Below, in pieces: positions 9,656-18,993 of a stretch of DNA of 64,000 bases. Source of the DNA: a virus. The notes beneath the pieces are model-generated. The model was not told the DNA's origin. It saw only the letters and a list, made by a program, of their open reading frames with translations, and ran no database searches. The stretch is taken from positions 32,001-96,000 of the IMG/VR virus record IMGVR_UViG_3300018426_001942. One strand, 5' to 3'. The first letter of the stretch is position 1. Every line of letters begins with the position of its first letter. A program made the translations under genes and the position numbers.

Positions 9656-10525
9656 ATGGACTTTGAATTCACTAGAGATCACCTTGCAAAAATAATCCCA
9701 GGAAATAAAGATGTGGATAAGTGGTATGATGCTTTGATAGCAATTATGCCTAAATATGAAATTAATACTAAGCGAAGAGTAGCACACTTTTTAAGTCAAT
9801 GTGCTCATGAAAGTGGAAACTTCAAAAGTTTACAAGAAAATCTAAATTATAGTGAAAAAGCATTAAATGCTGTATTTGGTCGCTACTTTGGTGCGCCGCC
9901 AAAGCGTAATGCTGCTGAATATGCAAGAAACCCAGAGAAAATTGCAAACTATGTATACATGGACGAGTTCCGTAAATACAAGATGGGCAATGTTAAAGAA
10001 GGCGACGGTTGGTTGTTCCGTGGTCGTGGTTTAAAACAGTTAACTGGACGTGAGAATTATACACGGTTTGGAGCATCAGTTAATATGTCTGCCGAAGAAG
10101 CAGCTGTGTATGTTGCTACAGAAAAAGGTGCTGTTGAATCAGCATGCTGGTTCTGGGATACAAACAACTTAAACAGCATTGCTGATACTGATGACGTTGT
10201 TAAAATGACTAAGAAAATTAACGGTGGTAACATTGGGTTAGCCGATCGTCAAAAACGTTATGTATCTGCAATGGAAATTTTAGGCAACCCTGTAAGTATT
10301 GCAGATGATAATGGAGACGATGACTTTGATATTGATGATATCGGAGTGCTCCGCAAAGGTTGCAGAGGTGAAGGTGTAAAAATGATGCAAGAAGCACTAG
10401 GTATTAGTGCTGATGGTATTTTTGGACCTGGCACAGAACGTGTATTAAAAGAGTGGCAAGCAAGCAAAGGCCTAGTAGCTGACGGCATTGCTGGTCCTGC
10501 TACACTCGGAGAACTATTAGGATAA
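9656..10525 (+). CDS. Endolysin: glycoside hydrolase family 19 + C-terminal peptidoglycan-binding domain
   Basis: AHFLSQCAHESG, ENLNYS, FRGRGLKQLTG, INGG; ADGIFGPGT and ADGIAGPAT PG-binding repeats. Confidence 0.9.
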   Translation: MDFEFTRDHLAKIIPGNKDVDKWYDALIAIMPKYEINTKRRVAHFLSQCAHESGNFKSLQENLNYSEKALNAVFGRYFGAPPKRNAAEYARNPEKIANYVYMDEFRKYKMGNVKEGDGWLFRGRGLKQLTGRENYTRFGASVNMSAEEAAVYVATEKGAVESACWFWDTNNLNSIADTDDVVKMTKKINGGNIGLADRQKRYVSAMEILGNPVSIADDNGDDDFDIDDIGVLRKGCRGEGVKMMQEALGISADGIFGPGTERVLKEWQASKGLVADGIAGPATLGELLG

Positions 10526-10529
10526 AATT

Positions 10530-10760
10530 ATGTATGTAGATGTTATTATGCAAGTACTGAAAGATCATTTCGGTGCTGAAAAAGAGTTCACTCCCGCAAG
10601 TCATTTTTTAGATGATCTAGACGGAGATGAGATAGATATAGTTGATGTTGTAGTGCAAGTTACTAAAAAACTTGATATTGAAATTCCAGAAGAGGAAACA
10701 TTTGATATTGGTACTGTACAAGATCTAATTGAAGTAGTAGGCAAACACGTTAATGTTTAG
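10530..10760 (+). CDS. Acyl carrier protein homologue lacking the phosphopantetheinylation Ser
   Basis: FLDDLDGDEIDIVDVV...DIEIPEEE...I.TVQD aligns to ACP FVEDLGADSLDTVELV...EIPDEEAEKITTVQ, with S replaced by E. Confidence 0.8.
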   Translation: MYVDVIMQVLKDHFGAEKEFTPASHFLDDLDGDEIDIVDVVVQVTKKLDIEIPEEETFDIGTVQDLIEVVGKHVNV

Positions 10761-11238
10761 TAGTCTAAGAATTGCAATATTTTTAATTATCCTTGCTAGT
10801 GCAGGCGGTGGCTTCTGGTATGTCAAGAAGTTACAAAGCGACCTTGACACAGCAAAGATGAATATTGTAAAACTTGAGGATGGAATACAGGAACAACAAG
10901 CACTAATAGAACAACAACAAAGAGACTTTGAAGCCATTACTCAGGTACGTAATGACTTAGAAGATGTAAATAGAATGTTACAGACAAATATCAATAATTT
11001 AAATGAAAAATTTAACCAGTTGAATGCGTCTGGAGTAGAAAGAGATATAGGCGCTTTATCAGTTGAAAGACCATTAAGTATAGAGCGTATATTAAATAAA
11101 GATGAAGTTAATGAAAGACGTTGCTTTGAAATAATAGGTGGCGCCGAATTAACCGAAGAGGAGTTAAATGCTACAAAGAAGTCACAGATCAACACTGTTT
11201 GTCCTGAGCTTGCTAATCCTAACTACGTCCCTTATTAG
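10753..11238 (+). CDS. Inner-membrane spanin (Rz-like)
   Basis: N-terminal TM helix, long coiled coil, C-terminal Cys; downstream of endolysin. Confidence 0.65.
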   Translation: MFSSLRIAIFLIILASAGGGFWYVKKLQSDLDTAKMNIVKLEDGIQEQQALIEQQQRDFEAITQVRNDLEDVNRMLQTNINNLNEKFNQLNASGVERDIGALSVERPLSIERILNKDEVNERRCFEIIGGAELTEEELNATKKSQINTVCPELANPNYVPY

Positions 11239-11557
11239 TGGATGTAGTACTATCAAGCCAGTTGAAGTATTAAAAACAGAAGTTGCAAGACAGCCGTTAA
11301 ATTTACCTCTACCCGAACCTGCACAACTGGAAGAAGTTCGCTGGATTATAATTAACAGAGAAAATGCAGAGCAGGTTTTTGCAGATCTAGAAGCAAAAGG
11401 TATTGACCCTGTGCTAATAGGTTTGACCGATGAAAACTATGAAAACTTTAGAATGAATTATGCACAAATACGTGCATACATGCTAAAGCAAAATAGAATT
11501 ATAGATGCTTACAAAGAATATTACGAAAGTGAGCAAGAAGAAACACAACCTGAATAG
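11168..11557 (+). CDS. Outer-membrane lipoprotein spanin (Rz1-like)
   Basis: Signal peptide with lipobox LISGC, Pro-rich linker, overlaps the i-spanin 3' end. Confidence 0.65.
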   Translation: MLQRSHRSTLFVLSLLILTTSLISGCSTIKPVEVLKTEVARQPLNLPLPEPAQLEEVRWIIINRENAEQVFADLEAKGIDPVLIGLTDENYENFRMNYAQIRAYMLKQNRIIDAYKEYYESEQEETQPE

Positions 11558-11558
11558 G

Positions 11559-11597
11559 TTGACATAAATACATTAGTGTTATATAATATACACTAAT
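11559..11597 (+). promoter_or_regulatory. Promoter upstream of iscU with overlapping inverted repeat
   Basis: TTGACA at 11559, TAAATA, TATAAT at 11584; ATTAGTGT...ACACTAAT inverted repeat. Confidence 0.5.
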
Positions 11598-11613
11598 TAA
11601 TTTTCAATACATT

Positions 11614-12090
11614 ATGGCATATTCACAAAAAGTAATCGACCGATTTGAGCAGGTTACAAATAACCCAGGCGCTCATGGGGTAGGTCGGTTTGACCCTAAC
11701 GATCCAAACGTTGCTATAGGCATGACAGGTGCTCCTGCATGTGGTGATGTTATGAAACTAGATCTAAAACTTAATCCAGAAACTGAAGTTATAGAAGATG
11801 TAAAATTTAAAACTTATGGTTGCGGAAGTGCAATAGCATCTAGTAGTATGTTTGTCGAAATGCTTATCGGCAAAACAATCGAAGAAGCAAAGCAGATAAA
11901 AGATAAAGAAATTGCTGAAGCATTAGAATTGCCGCCTATCAAAATACACTGTTCTGTACTAGCAGAAGATAGTATTCAACGTGCTATTAAAGATTGGGAA
12001 GAAAAGAAAGCAGGTCGAAAAGGCACTTTTTTAGACAGCATGATTAAAAAAGATGACAGCATGATTGGCCATAACGGAGGACCTAAATAG
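11614..12090 (+). CDS. iscU: Fe-S cluster scaffold IscU
   Basis: GAPACGDVMKL, FKTYGCGSAIASSS, LPPIKIHCSVLAED. Confidence 0.93.
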   Translation: MAYSQKVIDRFEQVTNNPGAHGVGRFDPNDPNVAIGMTGAPACGDVMKLDLKLNPETEVIEDVKFKTYGCGSAIASSSMFVEMLIGKTIEEAKQIKDKEIAEALELPPIKIHCSVLAEDSIQRAIKDWEEKKAGRKGTFLDSMIKKDDSMIGHNGGPK

Positions 12091-12287
12091 TGCCGGAAAA
12101 ATTCAAGCCCAGTCATTCAATAAGGGATAAAGCAACCGGTAAAAACAAAGAGGTCCATTTCTATCTAAAACAAACACCTAAAGAAGAACTAATAGAATAT
12201 CTAAACAGTCTATCTGCTAAACCAAAAATTAAAAATAAAGTTAGACGAGAACTTATTCGTAGAGGTATAAAAATAATATACGAATGA
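12090..12287 (+). CDS. Hypothetical basic protein
   Basis: 65 aa; GGAGG RBS; GTG start. Confidence 0.6.
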   Translation: MPEKFKPSHSIRDKATGKNKEVHFYLKQTPKEELIEYLNSLSAKPKIKNKVRRELIRRGIKIIYE

Positions 12288-12463
12288 TGACTATCATAAT
12301 ACTTACAGTCTTACTAGCTATTGTTTGTTTTGTAAGTATGTGGTTCTTGATAGACGTTTTAAATGACAAATGCGGAAGTAAAGGTATTCTTCCTGATTCA
12401 TATGTAACACGTACAGGTGTTACACACACCGCAAAAAAATCTCGCTCCGAGCATATTAATTAA
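12284..12463 (+). CDS. Small single-TM protein (59 aa)
   Basis: MMTIIILTVLLAIVCFVSMWFLIDVL...; translated by hand. Confidence 0.55.
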   Translation: MMTIIILTVLLAIVCFVSMWFLIDVLNDKCGSKGILPDSYVTRTGVTHTAKKSRSEHIN

Positions 12464-12505
12464 AATCATAATATACCCACTTTTTAAACTTTTTGATAAA
12501 TAAGG

Positions 12506-12534
12506 TTGACAAATATATTATATTGTTATATTAT
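12506..12534 (+). promoter_or_regulatory. Sigma70-type promoter, with late motif GATAAATA at 12495-12502
   Basis: TTGACA-N17-TATTAT in an AT-rich intergenic region. Confidence 0.6.
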
Positions 12535-12563
12535 AATATAAAAATTACTAATATTATTATAAA

Positions 12564-12665
12564 GTGAAATTTCAAAAATATGACTATGAGAAAATTCGAG
12601 ATCATCTTGAAGTAACTTTTCTTGTGGCTATTTTTGTGATTTCATTATTTGGAGTAAACATATAA
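12564..12665 (+). CDS. Small single-TM peptide (33 aa)
   Basis: GTG start; ...EKIRDHLEVTFLVAIFVISLFGVNI; stop overlaps next ATG. Confidence 0.45.
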   Translation: MKFQKYDYEKIRDHLEVTFLVAIFVISLFGVNI

Positions 12666-12847
12666 TGGAATTTATTTTAATAAGTTTTGCTAGTATCGTA
12701 GTAAGTTACTTTTATTTGAAGTATGCACCTATGCATGACTTACACTATGTCCTTACTATGAGAAATATGGCAAACGAAACACACAGGACTAACGGAGATA
12801 ATGAGCACATTAATATTGAAACTAAAGGAGAACGAGCAGGTTTGTAA
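12665..12847 (+). CDS. Small single-TM protein
   Basis: GGAG RBS; hydrophobic N-terminus. Confidence 0.55.
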   Translation: MEFILISFASIVVSYFYLKYAPMHDLHYVLTMRNMANETHRTNGDNEHINIETKGERAGL

Positions 12848-12935
12848 ATTTTGTGAAGCAATTAATTTTGTTTTCATGTTAACAACACCACTTGCACTAC
12901 CTTTATTAATTATGTACGCCGCAACGTACAACTAA
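12801..12935 (+). CDS. Small single-TM protein (44 aa)
   Basis: GGAG RBS; MSTLILKLKENEQVCKFCEAINFVFMLTTPLALPLLIMYAATYN. Confidence 0.55.
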   Translation: MSTLILKLKENEQVCKFCEAINFVFMLTTPLALPLLIMYAATYN

Positions 12936-12938
12936 AAA

Positions 12939-13121
12939 ATGGCAACAAAGAATTATACTGAAGCAACACCCAAGGATATCAAAAATTGGGAGAACACCGA
13001 TTACTTCCGAAAAAGTGACTTTAGTGTAATGAAACTGTTTGTTGCTATTCCTACCCTTATACAAATATCAGCATTACTTGCAATGTTTGCTATCTTCTAC
13101 CTAAATACCCTTATTTTTTAA
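12939..13121 (+). CDS. Small protein with C-terminal TM helix
   Basis: 60-aa ORF with hydrophobic tail. Confidence 0.55.
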   Translation: MATKNYTEATPKDIKNWENTDYFRKSDFSVMKLFVAIPTLIQISALLAMFAIFYLNTLIF

Positions 13122-13152
13122 TAAATACAGTATAACAAAAGAGGGCACATTT

Positions 13153-13515
13153 ATGTGGGAAATGATAGAACGCATGGCGAGTGATCGTCTATGGATTTAT
13201 ACAGCAATAGCTGGTAGTATCTTTGGTGCTTTATTCATTGCATGGATTAGAGATACACGTATTGCGCTTTGGGCATACGGTAAATGGGATTGGTTACTTG
13301 ATAGCATTAGAGACAAGTTTGGTTGGACTTGGTTTAACCAAGATCCGCATGCTTGGCGTAAAGTAAATCCCAATATAGCCCGTAAGATCGACGAACTAGA
13401 AACTAGAATTATTAAACTAGAAAAGCATAGCCATCCATGTAAAGAACTACACGAGTTTGATGTTTGGCCAGAACTAGATGCTAGAATTAAGAAATTAGAG
13501 GGTAAGAAAAAATGA
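13153..13515 (+). CDS. Membrane-anchored hypothetical protein
   Basis: N-terminal TM, coiled-coil tail; AATAAATA late motif at 13120. Confidence 0.65.
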   Translation: MWEMIERMASDRLWIYTAIAGSIFGALFIAWIRDTRIALWAYGKWDWLLDSIRDKFGWTWFNQDPHAWRKVNPNIARKIDELETRIIKLEKHSHPCKELHEFDVWPELDARIKKLEGKKK

Positions 13516-13805
13516 GTGACGAAATTCAAACAAAAAAAGTAAACATAGAACTAGAAGTAGATACAAATACAGTAGACAGTTCAAAAAATAGATTTCAATC
13601 ATGGATTGATCTAGCAAAAGCTGTTGACAGTTGGAGAATTTTTCCACGCATTTTTATAACTACATACATTTACTTGCTGTACAAAGTTGTAATTTGGTAC
13701 ATGGGTATTGAAGATCCTACAATGGAACAGTCAGGACTTGTAAGTATTGTTGTAGGTGCTGGTGCTGCATGGTTTGGTTTATACACCGGAACTAGTAAAA
13801 AGTAA
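13512..13805 (+). CDS. Two-TM membrane protein, possible holin
   Basis: 97 aa; two hydrophobic helices; basic C-terminus. Confidence 0.45.
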   Translation: MSDEIQTKKVNIELEVDTNTVDSSKNRFQSWIDLAKAVDSWRIFPRIFITTYIYLLYKVVIWYMGIEDPTMEQSGLVSIVVGAGAAWFGLYTGTSKK

Positions 13806-13828
13806 CAGCATAATCAATAAGTAATAGT

Positions 13829-14668
13829 ATGGACCACTATTCCGTACTAGGCGTATCTAAAACAGCTACCGATAAAGAAATTAAAACCGCTTTTAGAAAA
13901 TTAGCGGCAAAGCATCATCCTGACAAAGGCGGTGATAGTAAAAAGTTTGTGCAAATTAAAGATGCATATGAAACTTTAATTGATCCGCAAAAGAGAGCTG
14001 AGTACGATAATCCTCAACCCCAATTTGGACAGTATCAGAGAGGATTTGATTTTAACAATGTCAATCCTGACATACAGGACTTGTTTGGTCAAATGTTTAG
14101 AAACGGTACAGACCCGTTTAGACCACCTCCTCGTAGAAACAAGGATATTACTATTGCCGCTAAAGTAACACTTGAAGATGTTCTCAAAGGTAAGAATCTA
14201 ATTGCAAGTTATAAATTAAGAAGCGGCAACACCGAAACAGTTGAGATAAACATACCTCCTGGTATTAGAGATGGTGATACTATAAGATATGGAGGCTTAG
14301 GAGATGATTTCTTACAATTTGCTAGAGGAGATTTACATGTTAAAATACAAATTCTACCTCACACAGATTGGCAAAGAGATGGTATAAATCTTTATAGAGA
14401 ATATTCTGTAAATGCTCTTGACTTAATTACAGGAACTAGTATAATAGTAGATACACTTGAAGGAAGACAGTTAGATCTTAAAATACCTAAAGGAACGAAG
14501 GTAGGATGTAGATTTAATATAGCACAACATGGCTTACCAGACAGACGTAATGGTGTGCGTGGAAACGCATATATAATAATAAATGCTCATATACCACAAA
14601 TAGATAACCCACAGGTGTTAGAGTATATAAAAAGTATGAAAAAGATAATAAACAATGAAACTGATTAA
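13829..14668 (+). CDS. dnaJ: DnaJ/CbpA-type co-chaperone (no zinc finger)
   Basis: J-domain with HPD motif, G/F-rich linker, GDLHV and IPKGT C-terminal motifs. Confidence 0.9.
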   Translation: MDHYSVLGVSKTATDKEIKTAFRKLAAKHHPDKGGDSKKFVQIKDAYETLIDPQKRAEYDNPQPQFGQYQRGFDFNNVNPDIQDLFGQMFRNGTDPFRPPPRRNKDITIAAKVTLEDVLKGKNLIASYKLRSGNTETVEINIPPGIRDGDTIRYGGLGDDFLQFARGDLHVKIQILPHTDWQRDGINLYREYSVNALDLITGTSIIVDTLEGRQLDLKIPKGTKVGCRFNIAQHGLPDRRNGVRGNAYIIINAHIPQIDNPQVLEYIKSMKKIINNETD

Positions 14669-15161
14669 ATCTCCAGATCCGTGGTTAGAAAAGGTTGTAG
14701 ATCCTTTTGATTTCGAAAAGCACGATGCCGAACAAATTTCCAAAGAAATGCTTGAAATTATGGAGCAAGAAGGCGGAATAGGATTGAGTGCAAATCAAGT
14801 TGGGTTCAATGGACAAATTTTTGTTATGAAGCCGCATTTGCTAGAAGATAATAGTCCACTTACAATTATTAACCCAAGCATAGAGCAAGTAACAGTAAAC
14901 GCAGAATCTATGCCAGAAGGGTGTTTAAGTCATCCAAATTTGTTTTTAAAGGTTAGTAGACCTAGAGGTATTGTTGTAAAATATCTTGACACACAGCAAA
15001 AAGAATGTATAATAGAATTATACGATATAGATGCAAGATGTTTTTTACATGAATACGATCACTTACAGGGTATCGAATTTACTAGTCGTGTATCTCGCCT
15101 TAAACTTGATATGGCAAGAAAGAAGCAAATAAAATTAAGGAAAAAATATCCACATGGTTGA
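14655..15161 (+). CDS. def: Peptide deformylase
   Basis: GIGLSANQVG, EGCLS, HEYDHLQG. Confidence 0.95.
   Translation: MKLIKSPDPWLEKVVDPFDFEKHDAEQISKEMLEIMEQEGGIGLSANQVGFNGQIFVMKPHLLEDNSPLTIINPSIEQVTVNAESMPEGCLSHPNLFLKVSRPRGIVVKYLDTQQKECIIELYDIDARCFLHEYDHLQGIEFTSRVSRLKLDMARKKQIKLRKKYPHG
14986..15013 (+). promoter_or_regulatory. Sigma70-type promoter inside def, driving clpA
   Basis: TTGACA-N16-TATAAT. Confidence 0.55.
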
Positions 15162-17394
15162 ACCAAGCAAAGAACTACAATTAGTATTTGAAAAAGCAAT
15201 CGCAGATGCTAGAAAACTTCAACACGAGTATGTTACAGTTGAACATATTCTATTCGCTATGCTTTGCGAAGAAAACTTTGAAAACATAGTTACAGGTTAT
15301 GGTGCTGACCCTGCCTTTATAAAATCTAATTTAGAAAATCATTTAAAAACCGCTTTAGATGATATTAAAGTTGACGGAACAAAGCACAAGCCTAAAAAAA
15401 CACAGGCTGTTGAACGTGTTCTAAACAGAGCGTTTACTCAAGTTCTATTTAGCGGTCGTAATCAAATAGAACTAAGCGATGTATTCATTAGTATACTAAA
15501 TGAAAAGAAATCTATTGCTACATATTGGATAGAAAAAGCAGGCATTTCTAAAGACAGATTTGCAGATTACATTTCGAATGAGCATGAAGACTTTGATGAT
15601 GAAGAATTAAGCGGTGCAGCCGCAAAAGCACTTCGTGCATTTACTTCTAATCTAAACGACGAAGTAAGAAAACAACGTGTAGATCCTATTATCGGACGTT
15701 CAGAAGAACTAGATGCTATTGCTCTTGCACTAGGACGCCGTCAAAAAAATAATGTACTTTTAGTTGGTGATCCAGGTGTTGGTAAAACCGCTATTGCAGA
15801 AGGTTTAGCATTTAAAATTGTAAATGACGATGTACCAGAATTCCTAAAAGAGTATGAAGTATACAATCTAGATATTGGTGCTATGCTCGCTGGCTCTAAA
15901 TATCGTGGAGACTTTGAAGAACGTCTAAAGTTAGTCATCAAAGGACTACAGAAAAAAGGCAAAACTGTAATGTTTATCGACGAAGCTCATATGATGAGCG
16001 GAGCAGGAGCAGGCGGGCAAGACAAATCAAACGATTTGGCTAATATGTTAAAGCCAGCACTTGCAAAAGGTAACTTAAAAGTTGTTGCTTCAACTACTTG
16101 GGAAGAATTCCGTAAGAGCTTTGAAAAAGATCGTGCATTGATGCGCCGTTTCCAACGTGTTACAGTTGACGAGCCAAATGCAGAAGTAGCAAAAGATATT
16201 CTACGTGGTATTAAAAAGTACTATGAGGACTATCACAAAACACAAATCACAGAGCAAGCAATTGAAGCTGCTGTAAAATTAAGTGTAAAGTATCAAACAG
16301 ATAAAAAACTTCCTGATAAGGCTATTGACTTAATTGATGTAGCATGTAGTAGATTTAATTTGAAAGATCCTGAAGTTGAAAAACTAGTAACAGAGGAAGA
16401 AATTCAATTTGAACTTGCTAAGATGATTAACATGCCTGTTGAAAATATTGCAGAGAAAGAAACAAGTAATCTAGCACATCTAGAAACCAACATGAAAAAA
16501 GCGGTGTATGGACAAGACGAAGCAATTGATAAAATTGTTGATAAAATTCTTGTTGCACAAGCAGGTCTTAAACCTGACGATAAGCCAATTGGTAGTTTTA
16601 TCTTTATGGGGCCAACCGGTACAGGTAAAACAGAAACAGCCAAGCAACTAGCAGAACAACTAGGTGTAAAACTAGTCCGTTTTGATATGAGTGAATATCA
16701 AGAGAAGCACAGTGTTGCTAAACTAATTGGGTCGCCTCCAGGTTATGTAGGTTACGAAGAAGATGCTGGCCAGTTAATTACAAAACTACAAGAAAATCCA
16801 AACTGTGTGTTACTGTTAGATGAAATCGAAAAGGCACACCCAGATGTTTCACAAATATTACTACAGTTAATGGATAATGGTAAAGTTACAGGTAGTAACA
16901 GTAAAGAAGCAGATGCACGTAATTGTGTTCTTATCCTTACAACTAACCTAGGTGCAAGTGATGCAGAGAAAAATCTAATTGGATTCAACGACGAGTTTGA
17001 ATTAGAATATGAAGATAAAGCACTTAAGAAATTCTTTGCTCCAGAATTCCGTAACAGACTTGATGCAACTATTATATTCAAGAAACTTTCTAAAGAAATT
17101 ATGTTGAAGATAGTTGGTAAGTTCTTAGTTGAACTTAAAGACATGGTAAAAGATAAAGGAGTCAAGATCGAAGTTGATTCTGAAGCATTAGACTATCTTG
17201 TAGATAAAGGTTTCGATCCTAAAATGGGTGCAAGACCGTTAGCAAGAGTAATTGATAATGAAATCAAACGTCCACTATCAAAAGAATTACTCTTTGGTAA
17301 TTTAAAATCTGGCGGTAGTGTAACAATTAAATTCAACGAAGATGATGAAAGCCTATACTTGGAAAGTTTAGGGGAATCACTTGTTGAACTTTGA
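15154..17394 (+). CDS. clpA: ATP-dependent Clp protease ATPase subunit ClpA
   Basis: Clp N-domain, two AAA modules (GDPGVGKT, GPTGTGKT), IGF ClpP-docking loop, no ClpB middle domain. Confidence 0.93.
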   Translation: MVEPSKELQLVFEKAIADARKLQHEYVTVEHILFAMLCEENFENIVTGYGADPAFIKSNLENHLKTALDDIKVDGTKHKPKKTQAVERVLNRAFTQVLFSGRNQIELSDVFISILNEKKSIATYWIEKAGISKDRFADYISNEHEDFDDEELSGAAAKALRAFTSNLNDEVRKQRVDPIIGRSEELDAIALALGRRQKNNVLLVGDPGVGKTAIAEGLAFKIVNDDVPEFLKEYEVYNLDIGAMLAGSKYRGDFEERLKLVIKGLQKKGKTVMFIDEAHMMSGAGAGGQDKSNDLANMLKPALAKGNLKVVASTTWEEFRKSFEKDRALMRRFQRVTVDEPNAEVAKDILRGIKKYYEDYHKTQITEQAIEAAVKLSVKYQTDKKLPDKAIDLIDVACSRFNLKDPEVEKLVTEEEIQFELAKMINMPVENIAEKETSNLAHLETNMKKAVYGQDEAIDKIVDKILVAQAGLKPDDKPIGSFIFMGPTGTGKTETAKQLAEQLGVKLVRFDMSEYQEKHSVAKLIGSPPGYVGYEEDAGQLITKLQENPNCVLLLDEIEKAHPDVSQILLQLMDNGKVTGSNSKEADARNCVLILTTNLGASDAEKNLIGFNDEFELEYEDKALKKFFAPEFRNRLDATIIFKKLSKEIMLKIVGKFLVELKDMVKDKGVKIEVDSEALDYLVDKGFDPKMGARPLARVIDNEIKRPLSKELLFGNLKSGGSVTIKFNEDDESLYLESLGESLVEL

Positions 17395-18049
17395 AACTAA
17401 AAAACTTTTCTATAACAAGTACCTGTACAAGCTGGTAATACACAACCAGCTTGCTGTTATTTTTAGAGATAAAAATCTAAATTATGCTCGCAAAGAAATA
17501 GATCTACTACAGCAAATGGTAGACGATAAGCATCAAATTGTTAAAACTTGGGGGTTTAATAGGACAAGTTATATTGACCGTAGGCATTTTGATGATGCAA
17601 AAATCTTACTAAACCTATTTTCGCATTTTGATCACGACGAGTATAAACTACGTATAGAGCGCAATGATATGTGCTTATATACTAACAGTAATAGTGTTAT
17701 TAATAATGTTTGTAGTAAAATCACGATAGACGAACTATGGCAACCAAATTTAAAGCACTTAAACTTGCTTGAAAAAAATGTTTTATTAGTCAACGGACCG
17801 TTTGATTACGAATATAAAGTTTATTTTAATGCAAGAACTATAGATGAGAACTTTCATAATTGGATTACACGCAACTCGGACAAAGTAAAAATTGGTAGAA
17901 TAGCGTTAGAAGAAGTAAAAAAGGGATTTGCCCCCAACTTGTATATGTATGTTAGAGATGAAAAAGTTTTACAACTTATCAGTCTACTTGTTGGACATAA
18001 TTTCCAATCTGTCCAAAGAGTTATCAGTACGCAAAATATAGATAAATAA
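17381..18049 (+). CDS. Hypothetical phage protein
   Basis: 222-aa ORF. Confidence 0.65.
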   Translation: MLNFETKKLFYNKYLYKLVIHNQLAVIFRDKNLNYARKEIDLLQQMVDDKHQIVKTWGFNRTSYIDRRHFDDAKILLNLFSHFDHDEYKLRIERNDMCLYTNSNSVINNVCSKITIDELWQPNLKHLNLLEKNVLLVNGPFDYEYKVYFNARTIDENFHNWITRNSDKVKIGRIALEEVKKGFAPNLYMYVRDEKVLQLISLLVGHNFQSVQRVISTQNIDK

Positions 18050-18053
18050 CTAT

Positions 18054-18419
18054 ATGCCGAGCAATAGTGAAACAATTTTATCAACACAAACACACGTAGG
18101 GGATAGTAGCGTACAGACCCATACTGGTGACAAATATAAAGGGGACGGTTACTATAGTCGTAGTGATGGTCTTCACACTGTACAATATACAGTGAGCGGG
18201 TTCCAAGGAACTATACAAATGCAGGGTACACTTGCTGTTGATCCTGGCGCAGATGATTGGTTTACTATTTCAAATACAGAACTTACTAGCACCGACGATA
18301 GCGGTGTTTATAATACAGGCTCACACATATATAACTTTACAGGCAACTATGTTTGGGTAAGAGCTTATGTTAGTAATTGGACTGATGGCACTGTAAATAG
18401 TATTAATTTAAATCATTAA
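18054..18419 (+). CDS. Probable virion protein (beta-rich)
   Basis: Late motif GATAAATA 5 nt upstream; T/S/G-rich beta composition. Confidence 0.55.
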   Translation: MPSNSETILSTQTHVGDSSVQTHTGDKYKGDGYYSRSDGLHTVQYTVSGFQGTIQMQGTLAVDPGADDWFTISNTELTSTDDSGVYNTGSHIYNFTGNYVWVRAYVSNWTDGTVNSINLNH

Positions 18420-18428
18420 GGTAACAAC

Positions 18429-18992
18429 ATGGAACATTTTGTAAGAATAGTAATGGAAAAACAAGAAGTTAATAGATTAGACGAGTCTATTTTTCCTAGT
18501 CAAGAGATATACGAAAGTGAGCAAGGTGCTACAGTAATTGAAATTCCCTTACCAAGATTGCTAGAAGAAGATGAAGCAGACGAGTATGCTAATAGACTAG
18601 CAAATCTTATGTTCAGTGAAGGGTATGAAGATTTTGATATTGAAATATCTACTGATGGTGATGCTGTTGTTACAGAAGAAACATATGACGGTGATGACTT
18701 TTTTGAAGAATATGGCGTTATGTGGTATAATGATGACGATATTATTGACGAAGCAGAATATCAAGGACGTAAGGTTCCGCTAGGCAAGCCAATGCGTGGT
18801 GATGTTAAGAAGTTCAAAGTATATGTTAAGGACCCAAAGACCAAGAATGTAAAGAAAGTTAATTTTGGCGATCCTAACATGAAGATTAAAAAGTCAAATC
18901 CAGCACGTAGACGTTCATTCCGTGCTAGACACAACTGTGATAACCCGGGTCCAAGAACTAAGGCACGTTACTGGTCATGTAGGAAGTGGTAA
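18429..18992 (+). CDS. Probable internal head protein: acidic N-terminal part + basic C-terminal module
   Basis: IIDE|AEYQGRKV...RRRSFRARHNC...ARYWSCRKW basic module after a Glu site. Confidence 0.6.
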   Translation: MEHFVRIVMEKQEVNRLDESIFPSQEIYESEQGATVIEIPLPRLLEEDEADEYANRLANLMFSEGYEDFDIEISTDGDAVVTEETYDGDDFFEEYGVMWYNDDDIIDEAEYQGRKVPLGKPMRGDVKKFKVYVKDPKTKNVKKVNFGDPNMKIKKSNPARRRSFRARHNCDNPGPRTKARYWSCRKW

Positions 18993-18993
18993 T

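Noticed and set aside
12464-12563. AT-rich intergenic stretch as origin, ncRNA or CRISPR
   Set aside because: No iterons or repeat-spacer pattern; explained by tandem promoters
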